Origin: Xylographa opegraphella
Taxonomy: Eukaryota
Length of the DNA: 64,000 nt
Direction: 5' to 3'
Assembly (NCBI GenBank): GCA_022813865.1
Contig: JALDZX010000026.1
Location: 248,001 to 312,000 of the forward strand
This document shows, piece by piece, positions 1 to 14,204 of the stretch. Every line of letters starts with the position of its first letter. Within the stretch, counting starts at the first letter, position 1. The notes under the pieces were generated by a model. It worked only from the letters and a program-made list of their open reading frames with translations. It ran no database searches and was not told the DNA's origin. A program made the position numbers and the translations under genes.

Positions 1-2028
1 GCTCTCCAGACTCTTCAACTTTGGTTGTGATTAGGGGATAGCTCTTATTGACCTTGCGCAATCCGTCAAGCATCTTCGGCAGTTCTGACGGATTGATCGG
101 TTCTACTGCGACCTTGAAAACTGATTCAGTAAAATGCTTAATGGGTTTGAATATGTAGGCATCTTCATCGTCTTCTAGACGTGGCGGAACAAGCGTAGCG
201 GTTTTGACAATTGAATTGTCGATACCGCTGATAAGGACCCAGTTACCCGCAGGCACACCGTCAGTTGGGATGTTGTATCTTGACTCTGCGATCCATGTAT
301 CCGAGATTGTGGAGATGGTCATATCTTCTTCGTCGTCTATCGTATATCCCTCACCTAAAACTCGGACCTGCTGACCAGGTTTCGCTGTCCCACTCATAAC
401 CCGACCAAAGGAATAGAAGCTCATGGCATCCGGGGTATTGAATAATTTGGTGATTTGGACTATCAGTGGACCATCCTGATCACACTTTTCAATAGCAGCA
501 GCCACCTTGGTATCTGTAGGTCCTGTATAGTATCGGTCCAGCTTTTTCTTCGCTCCTTCGACTGGAGATGGTATGTTTTCGACGACCATGTCAACGAACC
601 CCTCAGCGCCTCCAAAAAATTGTTCGCAGACGGACTTGAGTAGATCTTTGGCATCAGTCTTGTATTTGGATGGCTTTAGGCGAATTCCAAGTGTCTTGAG
701 TGTGGCCTTGAGATCTTCAGGACTTTCACTTATGGTATGTGAGTAGAGCTTGTAAATAGGCTCCAGTACGAAATTCACAAATGTTCTTTTTGATCGTTCT
801 TCCACACCTTTTCTTGTGAAAGACCGCCTTGTAGGATTGAAGAATATATCTCCCCATAACCGTACGGCAAAATCTTTTGCGTTGATGTCTTGGTAACTGT
901 CTGCATACATCTTGGCAAACGAAGGTAAGGTAAAAGTCCAACCCATGCTACTGCACGCGAATGCCACATTTCCCTTCTCAGGACTTAATCGTCTCTTTTC
1001 GCCTTGCCCAGGTAATGTATTCTCGATAACCGTATTGACCTCTTCGATGACATGTTTGAGCTTGAAATACGCATCTGTAGGTGGTAGTTTAAGTTCCAGA
1101 ATTAGGCGGTCCATTTTGTTGACTATTAAAGTCAGAGGCAGATCCTCCAACACCGCGTACTTTATAATCTGCTCCGTATTGATCTGTACCCCCTCGACAA
1201 CGTCGACAACCAGTACAACTCCGTCTACCAGACGTAATGAGGCTGCAATCTCATCCACAAAATTGACATGTCCAGGAGTATCGAGGATGTTAAACAAATG
1301 TGATTTGCCTCTCGTTCCCTGCATTACCAAGCTCATAGGCGCCGACTTTATTGATATACCTCTTTCCCGCTCCAGTACATGCGCATCGGTATATCTTAAC
1401 TGCTCGTCCCGCTTTCTTCCCGTCCTCTTCTCTAGCCTGTCGTCAATATCGTGGGTCTGCATGAACAGCATGTCCATCAACGCCGTTTTTCCGTGATGCA
1501 AATGCCCTGCAAATGCAATGTTTCTTACCTGCTCCGGGAAATTCATAAGGTCCGTCATAAAGTCGCGTGAAAAGTGTACCGGGGGGAGGTCGGCTTCTTG
1601 AATAGTGAATTTCTTCTGCCGAATAGGTGCAATGATCGGTTGAGTAAGGGGTTGCGCATCTTCTTCCTCCACCATGGTTTCAACATCTGGACCATAAACT
1701 TGTTGTGCTGTGGGATAGTACTGTTTGTCTTCGTGCAAAACAACAGCATTCGAAGGGCCGTCCTCTGAAATACGCGGATCAGCTGCGGTGGCCTATGAAG
1801 GTGGAGCACCCACCATCTATCTCCATAAGCTGCTGATCATTGGCAGCAGCTTCATCTTCAACATCCTCATCGTCTAGGTAGGCGTCCCCGCCGTTCACCT
1901 CCTGTGCTGATTCTTCCTCCGACTCTTCTGCCTCCCCAATGAAATTCCCAAACCTTGTGGAAGTCAATTAGCTTTGTTCCGGTGGGATTCAAAAGTCCTA
2001 ATACTCACTCATCATAAAGGTCATCCAT
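1..2028 (-). CDS. SNU114: U5 snRNP 116-kDa GTPase (EF-2-like), 3' part runs off the window
   Basis: Hand-spliced (introns 1954-2008, 1765-1813): MDDLYDEFGNFIGE...VVLHEDKQYYP...AGHLHHGKT (G1)...DTPGHVNF (G3)...NKMDRL (G4)...FKVAVEPINPSELPKMLDGLRKVNKSYP; frame stays open to position 1. Confidence 0.96.
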
Positions 2029-2325
2029 CGTGCCTTTTAGCCTTGAGCGATCTCTCAAACGTCCAATGTAAAGATCGAAATCAAGAACTCCAAGAACTGT
2101 CTTGGCAATTTGGCGCTAGTTTTGGGGCTCCGCGGCTTCGAAAATTTAAGCGCGCCACTGTAGCTAGTCGAGCTAGTAAAACCCTTATCGATAAAGGCCG
2201 TAGTGGCGTAGGTCTGATGCTTAGAAATATTCAAGGATTTATTTAATTGATGTGACCTACGGCCAAGGAGATCACCATCTGTCCAGTAATCCTTCCTCTA
2301 GCATATCTTCTTTCATCATAGAGCT

Positions 2326-2973
2326 ATGGCTGAGATCCAGAACTCCAACCCCACCATCCGCAACGCCTCCGACCTGCCCACGCGCTGGGGACGAACCTCA
2401 TCACCCACCACGAAGAACGATCCCTTGAGCTTTTTCGCTAGCTCCATCCCATCCTCCTCCTACCCCGTCGACCCATTCGAACCAGCTCCTGCCTCGGGAG
2501 CAGACAGCGACGATGACGTCGTAGAGCCCATCGACGAGCAGGAGATCTACGGTACATATTTCCCCTTACTTCTATCCAATGTTCTATCGCAAAGCAACTG
2601 ACACAACCACCAAGATCTCATCTCCACCATCTCCGATCCCGAACATCCTCTCTCCCTCGGCTCCCTTGCCGTTGTCAACTTGCCTGATATCCATATTAAG
2701 CCCCTCGCGCGGGACCTGCAAACCGTCCTTGTGGAGATCACACCTACGATCACGCACTGCTCGCTCGCCACTGTCATTGGCTTGGGCGTACGGGTACGGT
2801 TGGAGCAGTCGCTCCCGCCTCGGTTCAGAGTCGATGTGCGGATCAAGGAGGGGACGCATAGCACGGGTGATCAGGTCAACAAGCAGCTGGGAGACAAGGA
2901 GCGAGTGGCGGCTGCGCTGGAAAATGCGCAGTTGATGGGAGTGTTGAGGAAGATGTTGGAGACTTGTCAGTAA
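2326..2973 (+). CDS. CIA2: MIP18/FAM96B-family cytosolic Fe-S assembly (CIA) component
   Basis: Intron 2552-2614 joins EPIDEQEIY|DLISTISDPEHPLSL; contains TPTITHCSLATVIG and VNKQLGDKERVAAALEN family motifs. Confidence 0.93.
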
Positions 2974-3123
2974 TCGTTGTGGTTCAGGCAGATCGGAGGT
3001 CAACTCGTTGCACGTACGCGGAGTACTTCATGGCGAAGTGTTATTAGGGGTGTATGACTATCATGATATTCAGGAGCTTATTGTACATATTCGATATTAT
3101 ATACATATTTTGAAGACGGTGAA

Positions 3124-6100
3124 TTATTTATTTATATCAGATATCTCAAAACCAATCTCGTCCCTTCTATCATCCGTCAATCGTGCCCATTCCAGAAGAA
3201 GTCGGAAGAAGTAGATTTCCATATCCTCCTTCCTTAACACTTTACCAACCCATTCTCTGCCCTGCTCAGCAATTGCTTCTGCCTCCTTCACTCGACCGGC
3301 ACTCGCATCTCCATCCTTTCCACCGCCCGCAAAATAAGCCAGTGTGCTCCACAATCCATGCAGTCTCAGATCTATAGGCACAAAATGACGCCATGCTGTG
3401 ATCCGTGTATCATACCACTCCCTGAACAGCGCACTCTTGAATACCAGACTGTGGCTTTGTAAGAAAGGTAAGAAACGACCGCTGAAACCAGCGCCATCCA
3501 TGTCCATCAGATACCTATAGCGCCAATGTTCTTGAAATTCAATCGGAGGTACTAACCCAAACTCTGCTTCTTGAGGTGGACAATTGTCTCGACAGCGTAC
3601 GATCATGTCCACGATAGCGATGTCCATTGTCGTATTTTGTAGGTAAGGATGGGACTTGATTTCTTTTGGAGCTAGAAATTCGTATTTCTGTATCGATGAA
3701 TCCGAAGGATTCGGCAGAAGTATTGGTATATTTGAGGTGTGGTTGTTTGCCAGATGTACAAGGCGCTGCCGTGCCATTCCTTTCCATGTTCCCACAACGG
3801 AAACTCCTTCGGAAGTTGCACCGCGCCAGAAAAGTGTGTTCTTCTTTTCTGAGAAAGGCGGATCGGGACGAGCATTCGCGTTGACATCACCTGCAGGCGA
3901 CGGATCATATTTTACCTTATCCATATAGTTCCACGGAGAGGGATACAAAATATCTGCATACCCGTGAGCCTTACTTTGCGAGAACACAGGCATGGGTTGA
4001 TGAGCTGTTTTGAAGGCTCCTGGACTAAGGTAAAATCCATGAAGATTAGCAAGGTCAGGTTGGTGACATGGTGAAGCAGATAGGGTCCAATTCCGCAAAA
4101 AAGGGCCCCGGGAATGAGGACTCAAGCACGACGTGCAAAGTGTGCGATGATCCCAGATGTGCTTCCGACGGGCCGGAGAATCTGGCGGGCAAGACGTTGT
4201 ACCATAGTTGTAGAACGTATTAGTAAAAGAGGCATCCTCAAACATTCTTCGCGGTTCTTCTTCCAATTCCCACGACTGAGCTCGATTTGTGCTCCAATAA
4301 TTATCCTTAGCAATAGAGTTTGAGCGTCCAGCGGCGGCTCCTAACTTTCGAAGTTCTTGAAGTACCTCGTGTGGAATCGCTACCCTCGATTCATCGTTAA
4401 TGTTGAGTGCGAGGTCCATGTCTGGAAGCCAACCAATAAAATCCTTCATCATTTCGATGGCCCCTGCCACCATCCACCTATGAGTGGGAACCAAGCTTTC
4501 ACCAATTTCAGCACTCCCTGAACGAATTGTGACTTCTGCAACCTCATTCCAAGGATCAGAAAGAATCTCCCGTGTGCGAGCACGTAGATCTTGAGGTTCA
4601 AGAGCCCAGAATGGAAGAAGGTCTTCATACATGCTATCGTAATCATCGATGATCAATGAATTTCTTGATGTCGCATACTCATACCACTTATCGAAATGCG
4701 GTGGTGGTTGACGCTTGTATCGACGCCGATACTCTAGGACAGCCTGTGGAAGAGTTTTGCTAGTGGCGATTTGTCGAGACCATACGTTGTGAAGCTCCGT
4801 AGCTTCTGCCACGAGCTTATCAATAGGATGACCATCGAATTCGTTATTCGGCGTAACATCGACTGCTACTCGTACTAAGAACATCATCAATAGAAGTGCA
4901 TAAAAAGACCGAGGAGGTCGACCAAAGAACCGCAGCGGTGATGGCGCGCTCGTATTCTTCGAACTCGAGTTGAAACGCAAGTATAATACAATACTAACAA
5001 ATAGTAAAATCAATGAGGTCGCTGCTGTCAGTTGGAGACTTCCTGGGAAAGACATTCGGGTGGTCCATGAGGAAGAAAAACCTATGATGAACGTAGAAGT
5101 GAAAGATACAATCATTACGAAATCAAGCAGAGTTCCGTTAGTCAACTATTATTCGTAAGCATGCATGCTAAGTGTAAACCAGAATTAACTCACTAGACGT
5201 ATGGCAAATGTGATTACTAGAGTAAAAAGCAGTGACATCCAAATAAGACTTCCAAAATAAGCGGTCTCAATATTACGTATTCTTGTACGGTATTCCGGTA
5301 CAATGATACACGCAATTGCTCCGAGGAAAGTCAGAAGACAACTAGAGATCTATTGATGATTAGCTAGATATTTGATATTTTGCACTCCAGTTGACGCACA
5401 ACCAAAAGGGCGCCAATCACGACTGGAGCCTTCCCCGTCAATGATGAAGTTCCGCGTGATCGTTTGCGGAGTGATTCTTGTATAAGAAAAAGGACCGCAC
5501 AATCCAACATGACTCCTATGCATTGCAGTAGTAGAGTCCATTGTCTTCCGCCGTACGCGGTTGGGCAAATATATGTGGAACGTGGGCTCGCGCTGACATG
5601 AGCAGCCAGGTAGTTGGCCGTAGCAATAAGAGCAGCCGGCCCGACAAGTTTGAATGGACTTGTAACGAATTTGCTGATAATTGACGGGTCTTGCTGCTGG
5701 TATTGCATACTTGACTCATGGTGCTTGTCGCGTCGCGATGATGCCAGATATTCACGAATGGAAACAAGGCACGGCAGTAATCCCTGGCAGGATATGGATT
5801 AGAACTCGATAGTAATGGTTTGACAGTGATCTCACCTCGATACCAGGAACTGTGCATTGTCTGTACTCAAGCGTCTGACGGAAAACCTCCACACGAGCAC
5901 AGATAGTTATGACAGCAAAGCCGAAGGCGATACGCTGTGCCCGTGGGCTGATGGTATCGATCTCTTGTATAGAATTAGGCGAGATGAATCTTTCAGATAG
6001 AATGTAAGGCCCATCGTTGTTTCTGTCGTCTCCATCCCAAAATCGCGGTAGAATTATATGTAGCGAAAACACAGCCCACCCCACAAGGAAGAAACCAAGA

Positions 6101-6327
6101 CAGCAAGATTGTACAGGTCGATCTTGGAGGTATGAGTCTAGGCATGATAATAAATGAGCAGATGCTGGGGAGGAACAAACCAAGAACATAGGATCCGTCA
6201 ATTGTCCATGATATTGCGCCTGTTGCTAGGATGAATCCTCTAATCGTGGTTAGCAAACATCTATCGAGAAAATACTACCAGATGCGTACACGAAAGATGT
6301 CAGCTTCACTATTGTAGCTCTATCCAT
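3124..6327 (-). CDS. Glycosyltransferase family 90 (CAP10/capsule-associated-like) with multi-TM N-terminus
   Basis: Large terminal exon has RRYKRQPPPHFDKWY, LPDMDLALNINDE, LFWRGATSEG and DMDGAGFSGRFLPFLQS...FREWY. Upstream exons spliced by eye from ATG 6327 (MDRATIVKLTSFV|GFILATG...YVL|DRPVQSCC); middle exon borders approximate. Confidence 0.85.
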
Positions 6328-6727
6328 AACATTTGGTCGTGCCTGATGCGCTCCACTAGGGGCGCGCACTCAGAACTTCAGGCCATTCAGCATCGGAATG
6401 TAACAATTACTTTGAGCCTCACATTCCACATCGACTTCCCAATAAGGCTGCAGGGGATAGCCGAACTAGCGTGGCTCTTGAGAGGGAAGTTTTACGCGAC
6501 CACTCGTAGCTCCACTCCAAATCCAAAATCATTTAATGCTTCGATCCAGCATGTCAGCAACAACGAAATTGCATATAACCATTGGTAATAAAAAACCAAA
6601 TACTAAGTATACCATACATAGCTGGACGGACAACTTCGATTTATGTAGCAGGGGAAGGATGTCGGTTACTTTAGACTCAAACTAAGCAGTGCTTGTTGGT
6701 AAATCGGTAACGAGAGTTGAGATCAAG

Positions 6728-9700
6728 ATGCCTCGAAAAGCTGTGTAATGCTCATTTCCATCACCAGAAACTTGAATGACCACAACTGACATTGCGGAAG
6801 TGATTCGCGTATCCCTGCCCTTATTCGCAATGGCATTCAGGTATGGTCCAAATCGTTGGCGCTTTCCAATAACTTACCGATCCTTTAGGAGAAAAAGCGA
6901 AGCTTCATTATTGTGGTGGGAGACCGAGCAAAGGATGTCATCGTACATCTCCACTACATTATGTCAAGCGTGGATATAAAGCAGAACAAGTCCGTGCTGT
7001 GGGCATACAAGAAGGATTTACTTGGCTTCACAAGGTATGTTTGACCTTAGTGAAAAATGTCTATGTAGAGGTTGCGGCGACTCACGGAGAAAACAGCCAT
7101 CGAAAGAAAAGAGAGAATAAAATAAAGAAAGAGATCAAAAGGGGAATACGAGAACCGAACACAGAAGATCCTTTTGAGCTGTTCGTAACGCTACACAACA
7201 TTCGATATGTCTATTATAAAGAAACAGACAAGATACTGGGAAACACGTTTGGTATGTGTATCTTACAAGACTTTGAAGCAATTACGCCAAATCTATTGGC
7301 TCGTACTATAGAAACAGTGGAGGGCGGAGGCTTAGTCTTGCTCCTTCTGAAAGGAATGACTAGCTTAAAGCAGTTGTACACATTGTCTATGGACATACAC
7401 TCCAGATACCGAACTGAGGCTCATGACGACGTTACTGCACGCTTCAACGAACGTTTCATTCTTTCACTGGGCAGTTGCGAATCTTGCCTGGTTGTTGATG
7501 ACGAATTGAATGTGCTTCCAATTTCTGGCGGTAAGAATATCAATCCTCTTCCACCGCCGGATCCTGAGATCGAGAGCCATTCGGATACAAAAAAAGAACT
7601 CAATGAAATCAAGGAGAGCCTAGCCGATTCCCAGCCGGTTGGCTCGCTGGTCATGTTGGCAAAGACGGTGGACCAAGCAAAAGCGCTTTTGACGTTTGTT
7701 GATGCGATTGCTGAGAAAACACTCAAAAGTACTGTTACATTGACCGCTGCTAGAGGAAGGGGAAAATCGGCAGCTTTGGGTGTGGCTATAGCTGCAGCGA
7801 TCGCGCATGGATATAGCAATATCTTTATAACGTCTCCTAGTCCTGAGAATCTAAAGACATTGTTTGAATTTGTATTCAAAGGATTTGATGCTCTTAATTA
7901 TTTGGATCACGTTGATTACACAATCATTCAATCTACAAACCCTGATTTCAATAAAGCTATCGTACGTGTCAATGTACATCGCCAACATAGGCAGACAATT
8001 CAATACATACAACCTCAGGATGCTTACGTACTGGGACAAGCTGAGCTACTTGTCATCGACGAGGCAGCAGCCATTCCATTACCACTTGTGAGAAAGCTCA
8101 TGGGTCCATACTTAGTGTTCATGGCGTCGACCATCAATGGGTACGAAGGTACCGGACGATCATTGTCGTTAAAGCTCATACAACAGCTACGTGAACAATC
8201 AAGAGGAGGATTGAAAACAAACGGACATGAAGGAGACGTGGCAGATCGATCGAGTGGCAAAGTCTCGAAGCATGGCGAGACGGGCTACACTGGAGGAAGA
8301 ACATTACGGGAGATTACACTTTCAGAACCTATTCGATATGCTCAAGGGGACGCGGTTGAGAAATGGCTGAATAAGCTACTCTGCTTGGATGCGACCCTAC
8401 CTCGTTCAAAGACCAATACGCAAGGTTGTCCTCACCCGTCTGAGTGCCAACTCCTTCACGTCAATCGGGATACCTTATTCTCATTTCATCCTGTTTCCGA
8501 AAAATTCCTACAGCAGATGATGGCACTATATGTGGCCAGCCACTACAAGAACTCACCAAATGATCTCCAATTGATGAGCGACGCCCCTGCACATCAGCTC
8601 TATGTATTGGTCCCTCCAATTGATGATGATAGTCCTCGGCTTCCAGAACCATTGTGCGTGATCCAGGTCGCCCTGGAAGGACAGATCAGTAAGCAAAGCG
8701 TTCTCAGCAGTCTGAGCCGTGGCCAGCGTGCCGGCGGTGACCTAATACCATGGCTTGTAAGCCAACAATTCCAAGATGAAGAGTTTGCTGGTCTTTCCGG
8801 AGCACGTGTTGTTCGCATTGCTACAAACCCTGATTATGTCGGTATGGGATATGGAAGCCGAGCGCTTTCTCAGCTTACCGATTTCTTTGAGGGGAAATTC
8901 ACGAATCTTTCCGAGAATGAGCCAGAGCCGGTTGATGAGATGCAACGACTCACTGATGCAGATCTCCAAGACTCGAATCTCCTTTCCGACAACATCAAAG
9001 TCCGGGATATCCGTAGTATGCCGCCGCTCTTCTCGAAGTTGTCCGAGCGTCGCCCTCAACAACTGGACTATGTTGGCGTTTCTTTTGGTCTCACCCAACC
9101 ACTTCACAAATTCTGGAAACGAGCTTCATTTTCTCCCGTCTACCTCCGTCAAACTCCTAACGAGCTTACGGGCGAGCACTCTTGCGTTATGTTACGCACT
9201 TTATCCGCAGGTAGTAATGATCCAGCATGGCTGGGTGCTTTCGCCAAGGACTTTCAAAAGCGATTCTCAATATTGTTAAGCTATCAGTTCCGAGATTTTT
9301 CGTCGGTCCTTGCACTTAGCATTGATGAATCTGCTGGTCAAGGCGCCAGACTCGATACATCGGCGACCATTCCCTCTCTGACGAGAGCAGAACTTGATAG
9401 CATCTTCTCACCCTTCGATCTAAAGCGCCTGGATAGCTACGCAAACAACATGCTGGACTACCACGTGATACTGGATATGATACCCACTATAGCCATTCTG
9501 TACTTCTCCGGACGGCTGAAAACTGCGATAAAGCTTTCTGGGGTACAATCTGCAATCCTATTAGCTATCGGCTTACAACGAAAAGTACTTGAGGATGTGG
9601 AAAAGGAGCTTGGTTTGCAAGCTAGTCAGTTGCTAGCGATGTTCGTGAAGGTGGTAAGGAAGGTGAGTAGTCACTTTCGCGGGATCATCGAAGGGGCTGT

Positions 9701-10221
9701 AGCCGAGTCGATGCCGCAAAACATTGACGGGGCGAGTAACACCAATGGTGACTTGGAAGATCTCGATATGGAGACCGAAGCCAAAATAAATTTGCCGAGC
9801 TTTCAAGCCCTAGAGAGAGGACTGGATGAAGAGCTCCGAGAAGGTGGTCAACAGGTCGACCGAGAGCTGAAAGAGAAGCAAAGAGCTCTCATCGATGCAC
9901 TACCTCTCGACAAGTAAGCCGTGCCCTTCTCGTGATTTGACATGAACCCGCCGCTGATGGTTGTCTGTCAGATATGAGATCGCGACCAATCCGCCTGATT
10001 GGGCTGATGCTGAAAAGCAGGTGCATCGGACCTTGACTTCGCACACCAAATCGAAGGCCAAGAATGGTGCATCGGAACCAGAAGTCACTGTCAGTGTCAA
10101 AAGCTCCAAACCAGTTAGCGGGAAACGAAAAGGGGAGACGGCGGAAGACGTGTGGAAGGAGGAGATAGGCGACAAGGAGGCGAAGAGGCTAAAGAAGGGG
10201 ATGAAGAAAGCTAAGGCCTAA
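6728..10221 (+). CDS. KRE33: RNA cytidine acetyltransferase (18S rRNA/tRNA ac4C; NAT10)
   Basis: Introns 6745-6800, 6841-6888, 7035-7096, 9914-9971. MPRKAVDSRIPALIRNG start, helicase Walker A TAARGRGKSAALG, IDEAAAIP, GNAT RIATNPDYVGMGYGS, Lys-rich tail. Confidence 0.96.
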
Positions 10222-10735
10222 CCCTATCAGTTGGGTCCATGGTACTGCCTGCAAAACTACGACAATACTCTTCTCAAATGTTACTCTCTCATCGACAATA
10301 ACTTTGTGAATGCGATACCCTGAACCTTCTCAAATGAGCCATTCAGCTGGTACGCGCCACCTATTGAGAATATATCGACTGTTCTTATCTGATTGTGTTA
10401 AGCTTATATTATATATGAATTGATTCCCTTCTTTTCATTGCCAGTCCACAACAGCCTCGTTCTACTTCACTGCTATTGCAACACCACCATCAGCATTGAA
10501 CCCCCCCTATTGAACCTATTCATCGCAGAAAATCCTATTGTTCCTGACTCTCTGCCCCTCCCAGCAGCTCCATCCACGTCTATATCTACCCTCCTTTTAT
10601 GCTCCTATCCTCTTCATCTTTCCTCAGCACAACCACAACCATCATTACCATCACATCATCCTCCAACATTCCCTCACTTCCCTCCTCCCTCCCACCACCG
10701 ACCCAGGTCCAGGTCACCTTCTTCCTCGAACCACA

Positions 10736-11083
10736 ATGTCGTTCATCTCCATCACTTTCGACCCTCCCTCCGCAATTGGCGCTGGCGCCATTGCATCCTC
10801 TTCTTCTCAGGCCGTTGGCGATTTTCTCCCCCTTCCTACCACCAACCGCCTCGCCACCACCCCCGCGACTGCGGTGGCGCGTCCGGGGGCCAAGACGCTC
10901 CAACAACAAATCGACATATTCAAGTCAGGCCGAGAGCGCGAGACGGCGCGGAACGCAAAGTCCGAGGCCCGAATCACGGAGCTGGAGGCCAAGGTCGCGC
11001 GGCTGCAGGCCGCGGGCCAGCGGCTGGCGGACGAAGTCGAGAGACTGCTGCTGTTCGAGACGGCGTGGATGAATCGCGAGTAG
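10736..11083 (+). CDS. Hypothetical 115-aa protein with C-terminal coiled coil
   Basis: Intronless ORF from ATG 10736; heptad-like ARITELEAKVARLQAAGQRLADEVERL; family not recognised; lies in a GC-skew island so may be spurious. Confidence 0.45.
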   Translation: MSFISITFDPPSAIGAGAIASSSSQAVGDFLPLPTTNRLATTPATAVARPGAKTLQQQIDIFKSGRERETARNAKSEARITELEAKVARLQAAGQRLADEVERLLLFETAWMNRE

Positions 11084-11299
11084 CGTGTTTGCGGGCGCAC
11101 TGGTTGGTTAAGGGGCTAAGGGGATGGTAGACCAGCAGACGCACACTTGCAGGGTGAAGAAAGGGCGAGGGCGCCCAAAGGGGAGGGAGACGGCGGCAAA
11201 GGCACGGGGTGGGGCGGCGAAGAAGGCCGTTGAGAGTGCGGCATGTACACGAAAGTTGAGGAGCAACAAGGAAGCGAGGCTGTGGACTCCGTTGTATGG

Positions 11300-12658
11300 T
11301 TAGCTACCGATAGTCTGTGCTGGCGGCGTTTGACCAAGGTTTTCTAATCCTCTCTCAATACTCGTGCCATTGCTGGCTTGAATTCCCGCCTGCGCGATCA
11401 AGCTGTCGTATCTCTCCCCCGTCTCCTTCAGCAGTCGCTGGATTTCCACCTCTCGTTCTGCAATCTCCCTCTTTTCTTGTTCCACGTCCTCCAGCTCCTT
11501 GACTTTCTGCGATCGCGAATACTCCACCTTCGCTAGCCTCTCTCTCATACGCTCCAAGCAACCACCTAGTGTCGGCAGCGGTGTTATCCGCGGCGGAGTC
11601 CGTGCTATCCTTCCTATCTCACCTCCGTCCCACTCGTCCCCTTCGTTGAGCCGTATGCCATCCATGCCCTTACGTGTCTGCGCAGCTTCGTAGTCAGCTC
11701 GGCGCTCGATCTCCGAGTCGTCTGATTCTGCAGAGGAGGACTGCCGCTCTGCTTGCGCGATGAGGTCTGCCATCTCTGCTTTCTTGCGTGCCTTTTGCTC
11801 ACGTTCCGCCTTACGACCGATGGTAATACCGCCGTCTTCGACAAAGGAGTCAAAATCTTCCATAATATCCTCATCATCCCGAACGAGCCGTGTTTCCGGA
11901 TGTTTGGAGCGTGCGGGAAGGAGGGAAATAGTATTGGCATTGTCACGGAACTCGTCATCGTCCGAGTCTAGTCTTTCGTCACCGATCTCCCGCTCGTCGT
12001 CTGATTCCGATGAGGAGTCGCGAGTTTTGTATTTTTGCTCTTTTGCGAGGCGAGCCCGCCGGAGCTTCTTCTCTAAAATTTCAGCATCGGTGGGGATCGC
12101 GGGATTGCGGGACGTATGGTCTATGCCAAACTTCGAGGCCACGTCAATATTTTGGGTCCTTGATGATTCAACATCGGATAGAGACTTTAGATCCTTTGGT
12201 GTTGAGGGCGTAGATGTTTTGAGCTCATTCAGATGAGCAGCATTATAACTGGGTCTGTCTTCGGATTGACAAACTGGGATGTGATCTGAGGCTGCAAGAG
12301 ATTTGCGCAGGGCATTCTGAGATATAGCCTGACGACTAAGACTTGACTTCTTGGGCGTGAAAACCTCAGATGCGGGAGTGCCATCTTCGGTCATGGAGGT
12401 ACCGCCGGTTCCAAATGACAAGTGGAGAGCAGAGCGATGTTTAGGACGCGACGAGGGACGTCTGACGACTGGTACGGAGGCTACTGAGACAGTCAGCCAT
12501 CTACAAAGCATTGAATTAGACGAGTAGATTCATATTTGTGCAGTGTTGAAGTACTTACAGTCTTCTTGGCTTTCACCTTCTGAAACAAATCTCGTGACAT
12601 CCTCGTTGTCTTGCCCCACCACCCGTATTTTTCGACGAGACGCAAAAGAGGTTTTCAT
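11300..12658 (-). CDS. NTR2: NTR2-family (nineteen-complex-related, spliceosome disassembly) protein
   Basis: Intron 12481-12558 joins MKTSFASRRKIRVVG... to the 403-aa ORF; motifs LSFG, RPSY..LNELK.STPSTP, IPTDAEILEKKLRRARL, ETRLVRDDED..EDFDSFVEDG recalled as typical of fungal NTR2. Confidence 0.75.
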
Positions 12659-14204
12659 ACTGATGAAGCTTATGTCGGTGGTACAAGCTACCTAGAATGC
12701 TCAACGGTTCTACGAGAAACTGAGTGACTGGTCTTTGCTTGATTTCCATGAGGCTACCCGGTGAAGCTCACCGTACTAGAACTACAAATGCTACGCACAT
12801 CGACACTGCACCGCTTTTTACTGGCCATTGCAGGCCGACAACATCGGTTTGTTTTACGTTCGGTCTCATTAAGGAACAACTAGTAGCCTCAGCATCAGTG
12901 TCTTAAGAGACGATTCATTGAGCAATGGCTGAGTCAAGCAGGAACCCGGCAAATGACAGCTTTATGGTTCAGCCGCAATACCAACGAGGGATAATACCAT
13001 CCTTCGCGGCGGGATTGGCGGAGGACTCACGACAGTCAGTTAGTCCAAAGATCATTCCATGTAGTGAAACCACTTTACAGGTTGCTTCCTCCTAATCTGC
13101 CTACTATCATCGTTATATGTGCTCTTTCGTTATATTCAGTGGTGAGGATGAGCTCGGTATCTTGTTCATATTCAATCTCAAAGTGCCAACACACCTGCAA
13201 CGTCTTTTATAATAACAGCCATAATCTACTGTCTGATGTTATGGCTGCCAGGACGGGAGTGCCAAAGCTTGAAACCATCCTTGCGATTCAAACATAAGCA
13301 CTTCTGCAGGGGACATCGGCAATCGCGGCAGGCCGCCGGTCGAATTGCTGTGACATTGCGCGTGGGCACGAAAGCTTACTATACAATAAGGACAATCGAA
13401 GGCCCGCGGCCTTCCACGGGTACATCCGTATAGGAAACTAATCCCAAGGCCCGATGAATGCAGAGTCTACAAAGGAACAATACTCCATGATAGAATATGG
13501 TACACAAGAGCTGTATGCTTTTATTGTATCCTGTTACGGCGTCTATTCTTACAAGGAATAGAAATACCGCCTCAACCGGATAAGCCGCGCCGGTCAACGT
13601 TGTAGCTAACCTCGGGTGTCAGCATGATAATCCTACGGAGTTGGCGCAGCAGGATCAATTCTATTCAGAAAAACCACGGTGTGGCGAGGTAGCTTTATGT
13701 CATCGAGCGATGTATTGCCGACAGTCTTTCAACTTCACAAGTGCACACGTAACACCTTAGTCCTATGTCCTCTCCCGAGTCAGGTATACTACTGGTGGCC
13801 AGTCATTGGGTCTGTGGACTATGCGCATCTACCCAGACGTCGTGACGGCGGCCGCTTATTGCAACGGTCTGGGGGACCGTCCGAAGAAAGCTGACCAACG
13901 GCTTTGCGTCTCAATCTGAACCATGCCGCTATCTTCGGCTCCTCATCAGGGAGCAGGATCTTGAAACACAAGCACCCAACGCTGCTGACGGTGTCTGGAA
14001 GTAAATGTAGCGACGGACGGGCTGACGGCTCGCCGAAGCAGAAAGCTATAAAGCCAATATTACCGCTCATTGAAAGGACTACAAAAAAGAGCTTCAAACA
14101 ATACTAGCATTTCACAAGTAGAAAATTCAACAACCTCATATTTTCATCTTCCTCATAATTCATAGATTCCTAGTTTCCAAACCTCAAGTCAACCCATAAT
14201 CACT

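Noticed and set aside
912..1496. Long antisense ORFs over SNU114, and similar ones over KRE33, OSM1, creB and LSD1
   Set aside because: Shadow frames of real genes on the opposite strand, with no independent motifs.
12700..14200. 1.5-kb gene-free stretch with short ORFs, possible transposon relic
   Set aside because: No terminal repeats, transposase or RT motifs, or strong AT-rich RIP signature visible.
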